Assembly: GCA_001805105.1 (NCBI GenBank)
Contig: MHEE01000012.1
Location: 171,127 to 235,126, forward strand
Direction of reading: 5' to 3'
DNA: 64,000 nt
Source of the DNA: Nitrospirae bacterium GWF2_44_13
GTDB lineage: Bacteria > Nitrospirota > Thermodesulfovibrionia > Thermodesulfovibrionales > UBA1546
How positions within the stretch are numbered: the first letter of the stretch is position 1; each line of letters begins with the position of its first letter. The position numbers were made by a program, and so were the translations under genes. Below, piece after piece: positions 25,861-36,337 of this stretch. Under the pieces are notes generated by a model, which saw nothing but the letters and a program-made list of their open reading frames with translations, ran no database searches and had not been told where the DNA came from.

Positions 25861-26865
25861 TTATTGCTTCCTGTAATAGTTAGGTTTATATACCATAATT
25901 TCGGAACCGCTGAAATCAAATTTAAAGGGCACATGCAGAAAATTGCTCAATGCCTCTTTTACCTTTTTTTGATTTTCAGGTTCAACATAAAAGACAATAA
26001 AACCGCCCCCGCCTGCACCGCACAGTTTTCCTCCAACTGCGCCGCTTTTGACGGCAGTCTCATATATGTCATCAATATCCCTCGTCGTAATCTTGCTGGA
26101 TAATTTCCTTTTCAACTGCCAGGTCTCATTTAAAAGCCTTCCGAAATCAACGAAATCATCTTTCCCTGAGGCTATTATTTTATAGGCTTCATCCACTAAT
26201 TCTTTCATTTTAGACAGTTCATTCTTATTCCTGTGTGTGTTCTGAATCTGCTCCTGTGCTATAACAGAGGCATATCTTGACAGCCCTGTGAAAAAAAGCA
26301 TAAATTTATTCTCAAAATTTCTCAGATGTTCTTCCTTCATTATAATCGGCTCTACGAGTATCTTACCGTTCTGCAGAAACTCAATTGTGTTTAATCCGCC
26401 GTATGCAGCCCATACCTGATCCTGAGAGCCTACATTCTCTTTGATAAGGTTTTGCTCTATATGTATCGCTTCTTTATAAAGCTCCTCTTTTGTAATAACC
26501 TTACCATCAAGCGCATATAATGTCTTCAGAAGCCCTACTGTAAAGGCAGAACTTGATCCCATACCGGAAAGTGCGGGGATATCGCTGTCGTGATGGATTT
26601 CCAGCCCGCATTCAATTTTTAAGTATCTCAACGTCTCCCTTGCAGCGGGATGCTGCATTTCATCAATGCTGGTTACGGTCTCTATTTTTGAGTATGCAAC
26701 CCTGTGTTTATGTTTGAAAAATGGAGGAAGTTCTCTGCACGTAATATAACAATACTTATCTATCGCCACACCAAGAACCTTGCCGCCGTGTTCCATATAC
26801 CATGAAGGATAATCTGTGCCGCCTCCAAAAAATGAGATTCTATGCGGCGTTCGTGAAATAATCAT
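25861..26865 (-). CDS. GHMP-family sugar kinase (HddA / D,D-heptose-7-phosphate kinase-like)
   Basis: MIISRTPHRISFFGGGTDYPSWY..., GMGSSSAFTVG (GHMP motif II), KLCGAGGGGF. Confidence 0.65.
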   Translation of the reverse strand: MIISRTPHRISFFGGGTDYPSWYMEHGGKVLGVAIDKYCYITCRELPPFFKHKHRVAYSKIETVTSIDEMQHPAARETLRYLKIECGLEIHHDSDIPALSGMGSSSAFTVGLLKTLYALDGKVITKEELYKEAIHIEQNLIKENVGSQDQVWAAYGGLNTIEFLQNGKILVEPIIMKEEHLRNFENKFMLFFTGLSRYASVIAQEQIQNTHRNKNELSKMKELVDEAYKIIASGKDDFVDFGRLLNETWQLKRKLSSKITTRDIDDIYETAVKSGAVGGKLCGAGGGGFIVFYVEPENQKKVKEALSNFLHVPFKFDFSGSEIMVYKPNYYRKQ

Positions 26866-27572
26866 CTGCGTACTCCTTTCGAAATAGGGCCAAGTTCTTC
26901 CTGTGCTTTTTTATAGTCATCAGGCATTCCGATATCTATAAAATAATCATCACTGATAAAGGCAAAAGGACGTATATTGTTTATTTTTTTATGCAAAAAG
27001 TCAACTTCAAATGAAAAGGCATCTTTATCAGGGTCAAAAAATCCTGATATCGTCTTTTTCATAGCATAAACTCCGCCATTTATATAACCGCAGCGCTTAA
27101 AAGTCTTCTCCTCAAAACCGACTACCCTGCTGTCTTTTATATTTACAGCGCCGTATCTGTCAAAATCATGCATAGGTTTTACGGCAATGGTTAATATAGA
27201 ATCCTCCGCATGATGAAAGTCAATCATCTTTCTTAAATCAATATTAAAAAACGTATCGCCGTTCAATACCATAAACTCCTCTCCCTCCGCGGCCATCAAT
27301 GCCTTTTTAAGGGCGCCTCCTGTCCCGAGAGGTTTATCCTCTATGACATATTTAATATTCATATTTTTATATTGCACGCCGAAATAATCCTTAATGGCTT
27401 CATATTTGTATCCCACAGAAAGCAGAATCTTTTTTACATCATAAGCTGCCAGATAATCCAATAAATAACATATAAATGGCTTGCCATTTATATCTGCCAT
27501 CGGCTTAGGAACATCTTTTACAAGACTCCGGAGTCTTGTGCCCGCCCCGCCTGCCAAGATTATTGCTTCCAT
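26862..27572 (-). CDS. Sugar-1-phosphate nucleotidyltransferase (HddC/ManC-like, probably guanylyltransferase)
   Basis: MEAIILAGGAGTRLRSLVKDVPKPMADINGKPF..., PLGTGGAL. 4-nt overlap with the kinase gene. Confidence 0.7.
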   Translation of the reverse strand: MEAIILAGGAGTRLRSLVKDVPKPMADINGKPFICYLLDYLAAYDVKKILLSVGYKYEAIKDYFGVQYKNMNIKYVIEDKPLGTGGALKKALMAAEGEEFMVLNGDTFFNIDLRKMIDFHHAEDSILTIAVKPMHDFDRYGAVNIKDSRVVGFEEKTFKRCGYINGGVYAMKKTISGFFDPDKDAFSFEVDFLHKKINNIRPFAFISDDYFIDIGMPDDYKKAQEELGPISKGVRR

Positions 27573-27588
27573 GATAAAATTTTCAACA

Positions 27589-28710
27589 TCAGTTAAATAT
27601 TTTGCTCACTATATCTGCAACCATCTTTGCAATGGCAGGGGATGCTGTCAGTCCGGGAGATTCTATCCCAATTAAATTAATAAGCCCTTGCATCCCATTT
27701 TCTGTTTCGTCTTTTATAACAAAATCTCTTACTTTCTCATTCTGTCCCGACAGTTTTGGACGAACCCCCGCCATATCAGGAACAAACGCATCTCTCTCAA
27801 GTCCCGGTATAATCCTTAAAGCTGCTTCGTAAAACCTCTCCCCTTTATTTGCATCTACTCTATAATCAATGTTTTCTATATATTCCGTATCAGGCCCGAA
27901 ACGCAGGCGGCCGCTTAAATCCAGTGTTGCATGAACACCCAAGCCTGCAAGCTCCTCATGCGGAACAGGATAAACAAGCATTTTAACAGGCGAAGGCTTG
28001 GCATAAGAAAAATATGAACCCTTACAGTATTTGAGTTTATAGCTGCTCTTTTGAATATCAATGCCTGCGAGGTTAGCAATGTAATCAGACGAAAGGCCTG
28101 CACAATTAATCGCTAATTTCGATTTAAACCGATAATCTTCCTGTTGGATACCGACAACGAACCCATTGTTTTCCTTACTTAAACTGTTAACCTCACTATT
28201 AAAGGCAAATAAGACTCCATTACCCTGAGCCCTATTGTAGAAATGCTTCATCAGCGAATGCGAGTCAATTATTCCCGTATTGGGAGAATAAAGGGCTGCA
28301 ATCGCTGCGGTGTTCGGCTCTGTTACGTTAATGTCGTTCTCATCCATGATTACTAATCCCTTTACATTATTCCTCTGCCCTTTTTTATGCAGTTCCTCAA
28401 GAATTTTTAGCTCTGACTGCTCTGTAGCCACAATTATTTTGCCTAATTTTTTATGAGGGATAGAATATTTATTACAGATAGCATATAGCTGTTCGGAGCC
28501 CTCTACGCATAACCGCGCTTTTAAGGAGCCTTCAGGATAATATAGGCCTGAATGTATAACTTCGCTGTTGCGGCTGCTCGTTTCCTGCCCAAACGTATTG
28601 TGTCTTTCAAGAACGACTATATTGTCGTATCTTGATGAAAGTTCCGCTGCAACTGCCAAGCCGACAACACCGGAGCCGATAATTGTGATTTTAACTTCTT
28701 CCATTGTCAA
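27589..28710 (-). CDS. FAD-dependent oxidoreductase (LhgO / DAO family)
   Basis: KITIIGSGVVGLAVAAEL (GxGxxG), SSRNSEVIHSGLYYPEGSLKARLC. Confidence 0.6.
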   Translation of the reverse strand: MTMEEVKITIIGSGVVGLAVAAELSSRYDNIVVLERHNTFGQETSSRNSEVIHSGLYYPEGSLKARLCVEGSEQLYAICNKYSIPHKKLGKIIVATEQSELKILEELHKKGQRNNVKGLVIMDENDINVTEPNTAAIAALYSPNTGIIDSHSLMKHFYNRAQGNGVLFAFNSEVNSLSKENNGFVVGIQQEDYRFKSKLAINCAGLSSDYIANLAGIDIQKSSYKLKYCKGSYFSYAKPSPVKMLVYPVPHEELAGLGVHATLDLSGRLRFGPDTEYIENIDYRVDANKGERFYEAALRIIPGLERDAFVPDMAGVRPKLSGQNEKVRDFVIKDETENGMQGLINLIGIESPGLTASPAIAKMVADIVSKIFN

Positions 28711-28754
28711 GCATAGCGCCTTGATACGGCTAATCCAATACTATAAATTGAAAA

Positions 28755-30176
28755 TTATTGATTATGAATTTCCTTGCACGCATTTATACTGGGGTGGCTC
28801 CAATACAATTTACAAACTCCAAAACTCAAACCAAGCATAAACCATAAAGATGGGATAACAACAAAACTACTTGCTAATCTAAAAAATAACATTGCGATTA
28901 AAGTAGCAGAAAGAAGCTGAATGATATTGTCAGTTTCCAAAGAACTCTTTATAATTCTTATTTGCTCCACAACTACAAGAGCTATAAGGCACAGTAAAGA
29001 AATTACGCCTATTATCCCTACATTAAAAAATTCTGTAAGGAACAAATTATGGGCGTCAAGCAGGCTTTTATTAATTTCTTCACCATCTACCCCAAATTTT
29101 TCCATAAATTTCATAGTTTTTCTGTCAAGAGTTTTTTCAAAATTATTAGCCATTTGTGGCAATAATTTTTGTGAAAGCCCGGCTCCGTTTCCAACCCAAA
29201 AGACTTCCATGGAATTAATGGAACTACTGAGGCTCACTATAACAGCCTTTGCTCTAATCATAAATGAATGTTTACCAATAGGGGAAAATATATTCAGTCT
29301 ATCTTTTATATCCGGCCTACCTTCTATTCCAGTTAAATTTGAATGATTAGCAATATTTGGGAATCTGTTAATTAAAAAACTTTTTATATCACTCTGATTA
29401 TTCACAAAAATCGTAAGTACTATAAATAAAATTAAAGTTTTTACTATAAAAAATCCGTGTTTTTTAAAAACGAAGAATAAATAAATTAAAAATAAAACTA
29501 CAGAAACTATTAGGGCTTTTGTGTATGTGAGTATTATAGCAGAGAACCATAATATCAACAAAAGCCACTTCACCTATTTCCAAGATTTTTTATCAAAAAA
29601 GTTGAGGATTACATAAAAAACAGGGCCTATAGAATACAACATTAAATCTCCAAAATAAGGCGCATCTCCACCCAAATATATCAACCCTAAATTACCATTA
29701 TTATTTCCTAATCGAGCGCCATGTTCAGTGAAAAAAACATAATACCCAAACCCCAATATACCGATAACTAACGACACTATACCCATTGTAATCAATAGCA
29801 ATATAGCTGTTTCTTTAGTCGCTATGCTCTCAGAAATAATAACCATCATAAGCAGTAAACAAGAAACGATCACTGCTTGCTTTAATGATTCTTCAGGCAT
29901 AGGAGAATTAAGGAGCGATGCAAATTGCGAAATGCCATAAATAAAAGCAAAAGTGTAAACTAATTTTTCTTTTAAGCATCTTTTTCTTTCAAACTTAATG
30001 AATCTAAGAAACCAAGCAACAACAAGTAACATAAAAGTTATCATTGTTATTTTTATCTCAAACCGGCTGACAGAAAACAAATCCCATTCGATTGCATGAA
30101 ACGGCAATGAAATAACGAATAATATAAGTGATATATTTATGAAATTATTTTGTTTTGATTCGCCAATTAATTTCAT
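28755..30176 (-). pseudogene. O-antigen ligase/polymerase-like (Wzy_C) membrane protein interrupted by a single in-frame TAG (29574-29576)
   Basis: Track ORFs 29574..30176 (200 aa) and 28755..29573 (272 aa, GTG start, no SD) are contiguous and in the same frame: ...TGG AAA TAG GTG AAG TGG... The N-part is polytopic. The C-part carries WVGNGAGLS...LDAHNLFLTEFFNVGIIG, the WaaL/PglL-type H-x-H/A-N...E.G motif region. Confidence 0.55.
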
Positions 30177-31642
30177 GCCGGGTTTCTCCTACGAGGATAT
30201 ATATAATAAAGCACTACAGAAAAAGGTAAGATATTCATTACTACAATATTAAGCCATGGGAACCCGCCATAAAAAAAATTCCGTGATTGACCGAGAATAA
30301 ATATGTATAACATTACAACACCTGCGTTATAACTATTCTTTCTAAAAATATTATAAACAATTCTAATCAGAGCGCCAAAAACAGCAAATCCGATTATCAC
30401 ACCGGGTAGTCCAAAATCTGAGTAGAATTGACCATGTAAGCCAACAGCATAGCCTGAAAAAAAGAAGTCCGGATTAATATCATAAAGTGCAACTCTAGCT
30501 CCATATACAAAAGGTTTTCCTTCCCATAAAGCTCTTGGAATTAATAAAATAAACATCTCCTCAAATAATCTCTGTCCGAAATAATAAGCATTATGGGAAA
30601 AATGGGATATAATCATGCATAAGCGCTCAAATGACTCAAAACTCTGCATATAAATGAGAATATGAGAAAAACTCAAAGGAAAGGCGGCTTGAGGAGTTCT
30701 GAGAGAAGTAAACGTTATCATGATAAATATACCAATGGACAATAAAATAAAAAGTTCAGTAAATCTTACTTTCCTCCTAGTATAGTGCAAAAAAGCAAAT
30801 AGAAAAAAAGCGATGAAGATTGGTCCGCTTTTTGATGTTGTGATAATACCATTAGTAATTGTATAGGCTATATAAAGCAATATAAATATATTTGCACAAC
30901 GGATAAGCGCTTTGTTTTTTGGGTTATCTCTTGGAAGCATAAAACATGTAAAAAAAATGTAACTAAAGAAGGATTCAAAAAATAAGAGAACTGTAGTATA
31001 CCCCCTAATGCTATCTTCTCTCCGTATAAACTCACTGCCATAACTTTTAAACCCAATTATTTCCGATAGGCTTGCATGCATAAGATAGGATTTAATGATA
31101 GCAATTACTAAAAGAGCAACAACTGATATAAAAACATAGGATATGATTCTTCTTGTGGATGGCTCTGTACCAAATGGAAGACTAACATTAACCCCTATTT
31201 TTTGTGCTAATTTATAACCGAAACATAGCGCATATAAAGCAAAGATTGAAATCCAGACAGCATATTCAAAAGAAGACATATCCCAATAATTATATTTTAT
31301 TATACCTGCTCCCGGTATGAATAAAATGGCAAAAATAGGCATTACAAAGAATGGAAAATATAAACAGAGAATAATATTTATAAAGGAAAAAAAATCGCCT
31401 TCACTTTCATTCCAAAAAATTGCAATAAACAATAATATTGACAAAATTAAAACTGCAGCATTAATAAGTATTCTTTCATGAATTGTTAATAAATTCATTA
31501 TTGTCACTATAGAACTAAGAAGCAGGGAAACAAATACGAAGATAGACAAGATTAATAGAGTAGTTGACAATCTGTTGTCCATAGGATGCACGTTTGATAA
31601 TAATTTCACTATGGACTTAGATATCGGCTTAGATGAACTCAT
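30173..31642 (-). CDS. Polytopic membrane protein, oligosaccharide repeat-unit polymerase (Wzy)-like
   Basis: 489 aa, more than 10 predicted hydrophobic helices, very AT-rich. ATGA overlap with the downstream ORF. No soluble-domain motifs. Confidence 0.4.
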   Translation of the reverse strand: MSSSKPISKSIVKLLSNVHPMDNRLSTTLLILSIFVFVSLLLSSIVTIMNLLTIHERILINAAVLILSILLFIAIFWNESEGDFFSFINIILCLYFPFFVMPIFAILFIPGAGIIKYNYWDMSSFEYAVWISIFALYALCFGYKLAQKIGVNVSLPFGTEPSTRRIISYVFISVVALLVIAIIKSYLMHASLSEIIGFKSYGSEFIRREDSIRGYTTVLLFFESFFSYIFFTCFMLPRDNPKNKALIRCANIFILLYIAYTITNGIITTSKSGPIFIAFFLFAFLHYTRRKVRFTELFILLSIGIFIMITFTSLRTPQAAFPLSFSHILIYMQSFESFERLCMIISHFSHNAYYFGQRLFEEMFILLIPRALWEGKPFVYGARVALYDINPDFFFSGYAVGLHGQFYSDFGLPGVIIGFAVFGALIRIVYNIFRKNSYNAGVVMLYIFILGQSRNFFYGGFPWLNIVVMNILPFSVVLYYIYPRRRNPA

Positions 31643-31644
31643 GG

Positions 31645-33405
31645 CTATTTTGTTTTCAGATTAATTCTTTTCTGATAATTAGCCTTTGCATTCTCTACCT
31701 CTGCATTTGTAACATTAATGCCGGGTGGAATTTCAAAGGGTTGAGGATATGGCAAAGCGTCAGATTTGCGCTTATACAAAAAAATGCCTTCTTCTGAAGC
31801 AACAAGTTCAAACACATCCTGACGTCTCTCTATCCAGTCATAATAAAACTGCGGATACTGCCTTAAGCCATCCCAAGACCCCGGAATACTTCCAGTCCCG
31901 GTTTTAATAGGATTTTGCTTATCAATAAAAATATATTCTGCTCCATCTATCCATGGAAATATATATATTGACTTGCTTTTATACACATCCTGCAATAAAA
32001 ATTGTTCCGCAGATATCGAGACGTTCTCGGGAATTAATTTTGCAACTTTCCGTATTATTTCATCATGAGATGTCGGTTGATATCTGGTTATATTAAAAGT
32101 GTTTGTGCGAAAGGGGGCAAGGGAGAAATCTTTATTCCAAAACTGAATAGAAAAGGGAGAGGGGCCAAAATAGACAGCGCTTGCTAGGCTGCCGCAAAGT
32201 ACCGCAAATGCTGCCCGCTCTTTTGTAATCCTGAACTTAAGCCGCAGAAATGCCATAAATCGAGGGTGTTTATCAGAGAAGGCTGCAACATTATTAACCC
32301 CCTCAACGGCAGCCCAAACAACTGCGACAAGGATTGGAGATACATAGTAAAGGAAATACGAACTATGTGTAACAGAGCTGCTGAAAGCAAGGAAGATTGC
32401 TGATGGAAGCGCTATTACAAGAACTTTGAAACCAAAAACCGGCACAAAAGAAAAAGGCAATAGATACATGAAATAATTAATACTTTTGTGTGGATGAAAA
32501 AGATGCGCAATTAGCTTGATCGGATGAAGCAGCACGTTTTTAATTATTTCAACCGGGGCGCTTCCGAACTCAGAAAAAGACCCGGCAGCCACATTCACAC
32601 TCCCGCCATCTCCTCTAAATGCCGGCATTATGACTTTAAGGACGGCTATCAGATATATGAGGGAAAGCGCCATAATACCGGAACCGAGCGCCCTCTTTTC
32701 TTGAAAAACAGCGATATAAAACCCTATTCCAAAAACAAAGAATGCCGTATCCTCCCGAACCAGAAGAGAAAGGGCGCAACATGCCAACACCGCCCATATA
32801 TTCGCATCTTTCTGCATTGCAACGCCCAGCGTTAACATACCAATGGGAATGATAAATCTCAAAAAATCAAACTCATACAGGGTTATGTATTGAAATGTTG
32901 GGTTTAATAATAATGCTAATGAAATACAAAAAGCGCTAAAATCACCTATCTTCGGTTTTGCAAAAAGATATAAAATTATTACTGAGGAGGCAAGGAGAAT
33001 TGTCTGAGCCCAATTTATAGTATGAAAAGAGGGGAAAAGCTTGAATAAAAAACCGAAAACATAGGCAATCGGGGTAAAATGAGTTGAAAGCCAATTGCCG
33101 GTTCCAGACACAAAATTCTCTTGCATTGAAAGAAACAATCCTTTCCCATTGGCAAAATTATTAAATATTTCAAGATAACCGGCAAAATCAACATAGCTGT
33201 GATGAGAAAGCACTGTGAAGTCTTTCATTGCAGAAAAGATGATCACATAAAGAATGCTTGACAGCGCAACAATTGAGAAAAATGACTTTCTTTTGCTGAC
33301 ACTTTCAAACAATGGAAGTTTATTGAAAACAATAAACCCCGCGGTTGTTACGATTAGCACGATTATTATTCCAATAAAATATATAAGCGAATATTTAAGC
33401 ATCAT
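31645..33405 (-). CDS. Large polytopic membrane protein, DUF2079/GT-C-like
   Basis: 586 aa. N-terminal loop HSYVDFAGYLEIFNNFANGKGLFLSM...WLSTHFTPIAYVF resembles the DUF2079 signature (D.g.f.q......G......lg.Hf.p). C-terminal ~150-aa soluble domain. Confidence 0.45.
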   Translation of the reverse strand: MMLKYSLIYFIGIIIVLIVTTAGFIVFNKLPLFESVSKRKSFFSIVALSSILYVIIFSAMKDFTVLSHHSYVDFAGYLEIFNNFANGKGLFLSMQENFVSGTGNWLSTHFTPIAYVFGFLFKLFPSFHTINWAQTILLASSVIILYLFAKPKIGDFSAFCISLALLLNPTFQYITLYEFDFLRFIIPIGMLTLGVAMQKDANIWAVLACCALSLLVREDTAFFVFGIGFYIAVFQEKRALGSGIMALSLIYLIAVLKVIMPAFRGDGGSVNVAAGSFSEFGSAPVEIIKNVLLHPIKLIAHLFHPHKSINYFMYLLPFSFVPVFGFKVLVIALPSAIFLAFSSSVTHSSYFLYYVSPILVAVVWAAVEGVNNVAAFSDKHPRFMAFLRLKFRITKERAAFAVLCGSLASAVYFGPSPFSIQFWNKDFSLAPFRTNTFNITRYQPTSHDEIIRKVAKLIPENVSISAEQFLLQDVYKSKSIYIFPWIDGAEYIFIDKQNPIKTGTGSIPGSWDGLRQYPQFYYDWIERRQDVFELVASEEGIFLYKRKSDALPYPQPFEIPPGINVTNAEVENAKANYQKRINLKTK

Positions 33406-33410
33406 TTCGA

Positions 33411-34838
33411 CTAATGAGCAGGCTTGGCTCTCACCATTTTCACAAATGAAATAAAGTCATTGAAAAGCAGAGGGATAAACTTTGGCTTCTCAAGCAGGAG
33501 TTTTGCATATTTAGCTATTATGCGCGGCCTTAAATAAAACTTCCTAAATGCTTCATTCCTTTTTTTTATAAGATAACTTTTGGTCAGTGCGTGGGGAACA
33601 AATACAATATTCCACATGTTCATGTGTTCCCAATCATCATCAAATTCGCCGGTTGTTTTTGCTATTTCATGTACTTCAGAGCCTGGAAATGGAGTAAGAA
33701 ATGTTATTTGGAAATCAGAGAGCGGAAGTGAAAGAGCAAAATCAATAGTCCTCTGTACTGTGTCCTGCGTCTCGTTTGGGAATCCAATAATAAAATACCC
33801 CTTTGATCTGATTCCGGCAGCTTCAGTCCATGCGACAGTTCTCCTCACCTGTTCCATGCTAATGTTTTTATTGACCTGTTTTAGAATTTCCGGCGCTCCA
33901 CTTTCGACCCCATACGCAATCTGGAAACAACCTGCATCTCGCATCATCTCAAGGGATTCCTGTGTCATCATATCAACTCTCGAGGAGCAACTCCACGGAA
34001 TTGAACTAAATCGCGCCTTAAGGCCTGAGCATATAGATCGAAGACGTTTCTTATCGTAGGCAAAAGTGTCATCATTGAATATCAAACTCTTGATGTTATG
34101 ATTCTCTACCAACTGGCCGATCATGTTAAGGACGTATTCCGCACTATGCCCACGAATTCTCCGGCCAAAAACACTGACGTCACAAAAAGTACACTTTCCA
34201 AAACATCCCCGCGAGGTAATAAGGCTTGCTGTCGGCTGATCCTGAAAGCGGGTAGCGGAAAGCTTATACAGCTCGAATGGCAGCAAAAGATCCCATGCAG
34301 GTAAAGGCAAGGTATCAAGGTTTTGTATAAATCCCCTGCTTTCGGTTTTAATCAACTGCCGGCCATTTCTAAAAATAATTCCGGCGACTTTACTTAAAGA
34401 GGCGTTATTCGAAAGCGCGTCAAGGAGATCAATCAAGGTTTCCTCTCCTTCTCCTAAGACTCCGACATCAAAAGAATCATACCTTTTCATTGTCATCTCA
34501 GGCACGGCAGATATATGAGGACCGCCCAAGATAACTTTAACGCTTGAATTAGCCGCTTTCAGGTGCATAGCCAGTCTGCTTGCGGAAGCAATCGCCATCG
34601 TTGCAGCAGATATTCCCACGAATGCAGGATTAAGTGAGAGCACTTCATTCACAATCCTATCAAATGGCCTTTCCGGGCATGAAGCATCAATCAAAAAGGT
34701 CTCATAGCCAGCCTTTTTACAGATGGCGCTAAGATAAAGCAGACCTATTGGCGGCATGTTTGCCCCACCTTTTCCAAGAGAGCCGTAACGCTCCTCAAGG
34801 GTTAGCGGTGGTGATATAAAAACAATCCTCTCTCTCAT
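33411..34838 (-). CDS. B12-binding-domain radical SAM enzyme
   Basis: Trimmed to ATG 34838 by alignment with its paralogue (MRERIVFISPP vs MYSKKIVFIEPS). ILGGPHIS, VLGEGEETLIDLL, ITSRGCFGKCTFC. Confidence 0.8.
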   Translation of the reverse strand: MRERIVFISPPLTLEERYGSLGKGGANMPPIGLLYLSAICKKAGYETFLIDASCPERPFDRIVNEVLSLNPAFVGISAATMAIASASRLAMHLKAANSSVKVILGGPHISAVPEMTMKRYDSFDVGVLGEGEETLIDLLDALSNNASLSKVAGIIFRNGRQLIKTESRGFIQNLDTLPLPAWDLLLPFELYKLSATRFQDQPTASLITSRGCFGKCTFCDVSVFGRRIRGHSAEYVLNMIGQLVENHNIKSLIFNDDTFAYDKKRLRSICSGLKARFSSIPWSCSSRVDMMTQESLEMMRDAGCFQIAYGVESGAPEILKQVNKNISMEQVRRTVAWTEAAGIRSKGYFIIGFPNETQDTVQRTIDFALSLPLSDFQITFLTPFPGSEVHEIAKTTGEFDDDWEHMNMWNIVFVPHALTKSYLIKKRNEAFRKFYLRPRIIAKYAKLLLEKPKFIPLLFNDFISFVKMVRAKPAH

Positions 34839-34916
34839 ACTATAGAACCTACATTTCGGGAGACGCACATGTGGGCATAAAGGCGCACCTTCTGCATGTT
34901 CATTGCAAAATCATTT

Positions 34917-36335
34917 CTAATGATTATTGCCTTTGAGTACATATTGACCGAGCATATAAGCCCCTCGCAAAGCAATTATGGGATTTTTTACCATTTTTAA
35001 ATACGACAATACTGGCCGGGGCCGAAAAAAGAATTTGCGCATTGCTCTTTTCTGGTTCTCAATCAGTTGTTTTTTTGTTAGGCATCGAGGAATAAAAACC
35101 GGTGAGAACAAATTCATCCCCTCCCATTCATTCTCAAACGCCCCGTATTCATCTGCCATAAGCGAGGCTTTTGTGCCTGGCAGGGGGGTGAAAAAAGTCA
35201 TCCTGAAGTCATCCAACCCGCAATTACACGCAAATTCTATTGTTTCATCAATAGTCTCTTGGGTTTCACCAAAGTGGCCGATCATAAAAAAGCCAACTGT
35301 TCTGATTCCCGCACTGCGGGCCATATCAATAGCCCTGCATACTTTCTCTTTGGTGATATTTTTGCCAAGTAAATCCATGATCCTCTGATTGCCGGTTTCA
35401 ATGCCATAGGATATCTGCCAACATCCGGCTTTTGCCATAAGATTAAGCATCTCCTGATTTACCATATCAACTCGTGCATTGCAGGACCACGTCAAATCAA
35501 GCTTCTTTTCTATCAACATATTGAGCAGTTTTTTCAAATTCTCCCTAAACGTGACAAAATTATCATCAAAAAGCATAAATTCCCGAATGTCATATCTTTC
35601 CTTAAGATGTTTCAGCATATTTATTATGTATTCTGCAGAGTATGTCGAAATTGTCTTGTGGCAGCCGCTATAGCAAAAGATGCATTTGCCAGGGCAGCCC
35701 CTCGAAGTAAGTATGGGGGTTGCCGGTGTGCGGTGCGCTGCAAATAGAGGGGTTTTATAAATATATGGAAAGCCCTCGAGAATATCCCAAGCGTACAGAG
35801 GAAGATCGTCTAATTTTATTTTTTCTCCTCGCTGCCCGGTATTTATAAGCTGGCTATGCTCCCGGCTTATAGTGCCTTTAACAGTACTTGCTGCATTCCC
35901 TTTATTTACTGTATCGAGTAACTCCGGCAAAGAATAATCTGCTTCACCTATAAATCCTATATCGATATCGGGAAAACGAAGCATTGTCTCTTCAGGAACT
36001 GATGAAATATGCGCTCCACCCAAGAGAATAATTGCTTCCGGCACTGCGGCTTTTATAGCCTTTGCAAGTTTACCAGCCTGCATGATATGAGGCGTCATTG
36101 CAGTCAAGCCTACAAATCGTGGGTTGATCTTCTTAAGTCTGCCAATAACATCTCCATAAGTCAGTCCAAGAGCTGGACAATCAATAATGTGGGGGGCATA
36201 GCCTCTCTCACGAACAATAGCAGCTAAGAGAAGCAAATTAAGAGGCGGTGAGACTGCTCCGACCTTTGCTAAACCTCCATAAATTTCCTCTAATGCCACG
36301 GAGGGTTCTATGAAAACAATTTTTTTAGAATACAC
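34917..36335 (-). CDS. B12-binding-domain radical SAM enzyme, paralogue of 33411..34838
   Basis: LLGGAHIS, FIGEADYSLPELL, LTSRGCPGKCIFC. C-terminal ends are similar (FRKFYLRPR / MRKFFFRPR). Confidence 0.8.
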   Translation of the reverse strand: MYSKKIVFIEPSVALEEIYGGLAKVGAVSPPLNLLLLAAIVRERGYAPHIIDCPALGLTYGDVIGRLKKINPRFVGLTAMTPHIMQAGKLAKAIKAAVPEAIILLGGAHISSVPEETMLRFPDIDIGFIGEADYSLPELLDTVNKGNAASTVKGTISREHSQLINTGQRGEKIKLDDLPLYAWDILEGFPYIYKTPLFAAHRTPATPILTSRGCPGKCIFCYSGCHKTISTYSAEYIINMLKHLKERYDIREFMLFDDNFVTFRENLKKLLNMLIEKKLDLTWSCNARVDMVNQEMLNLMAKAGCWQISYGIETGNQRIMDLLGKNITKEKVCRAIDMARSAGIRTVGFFMIGHFGETQETIDETIEFACNCGLDDFRMTFFTPLPGTKASLMADEYGAFENEWEGMNLFSPVFIPRCLTKKQLIENQKRAMRKFFFRPRPVLSYLKMVKNPIIALRGAYMLGQYVLKGNNH

Positions 36336-36337
36336 TG

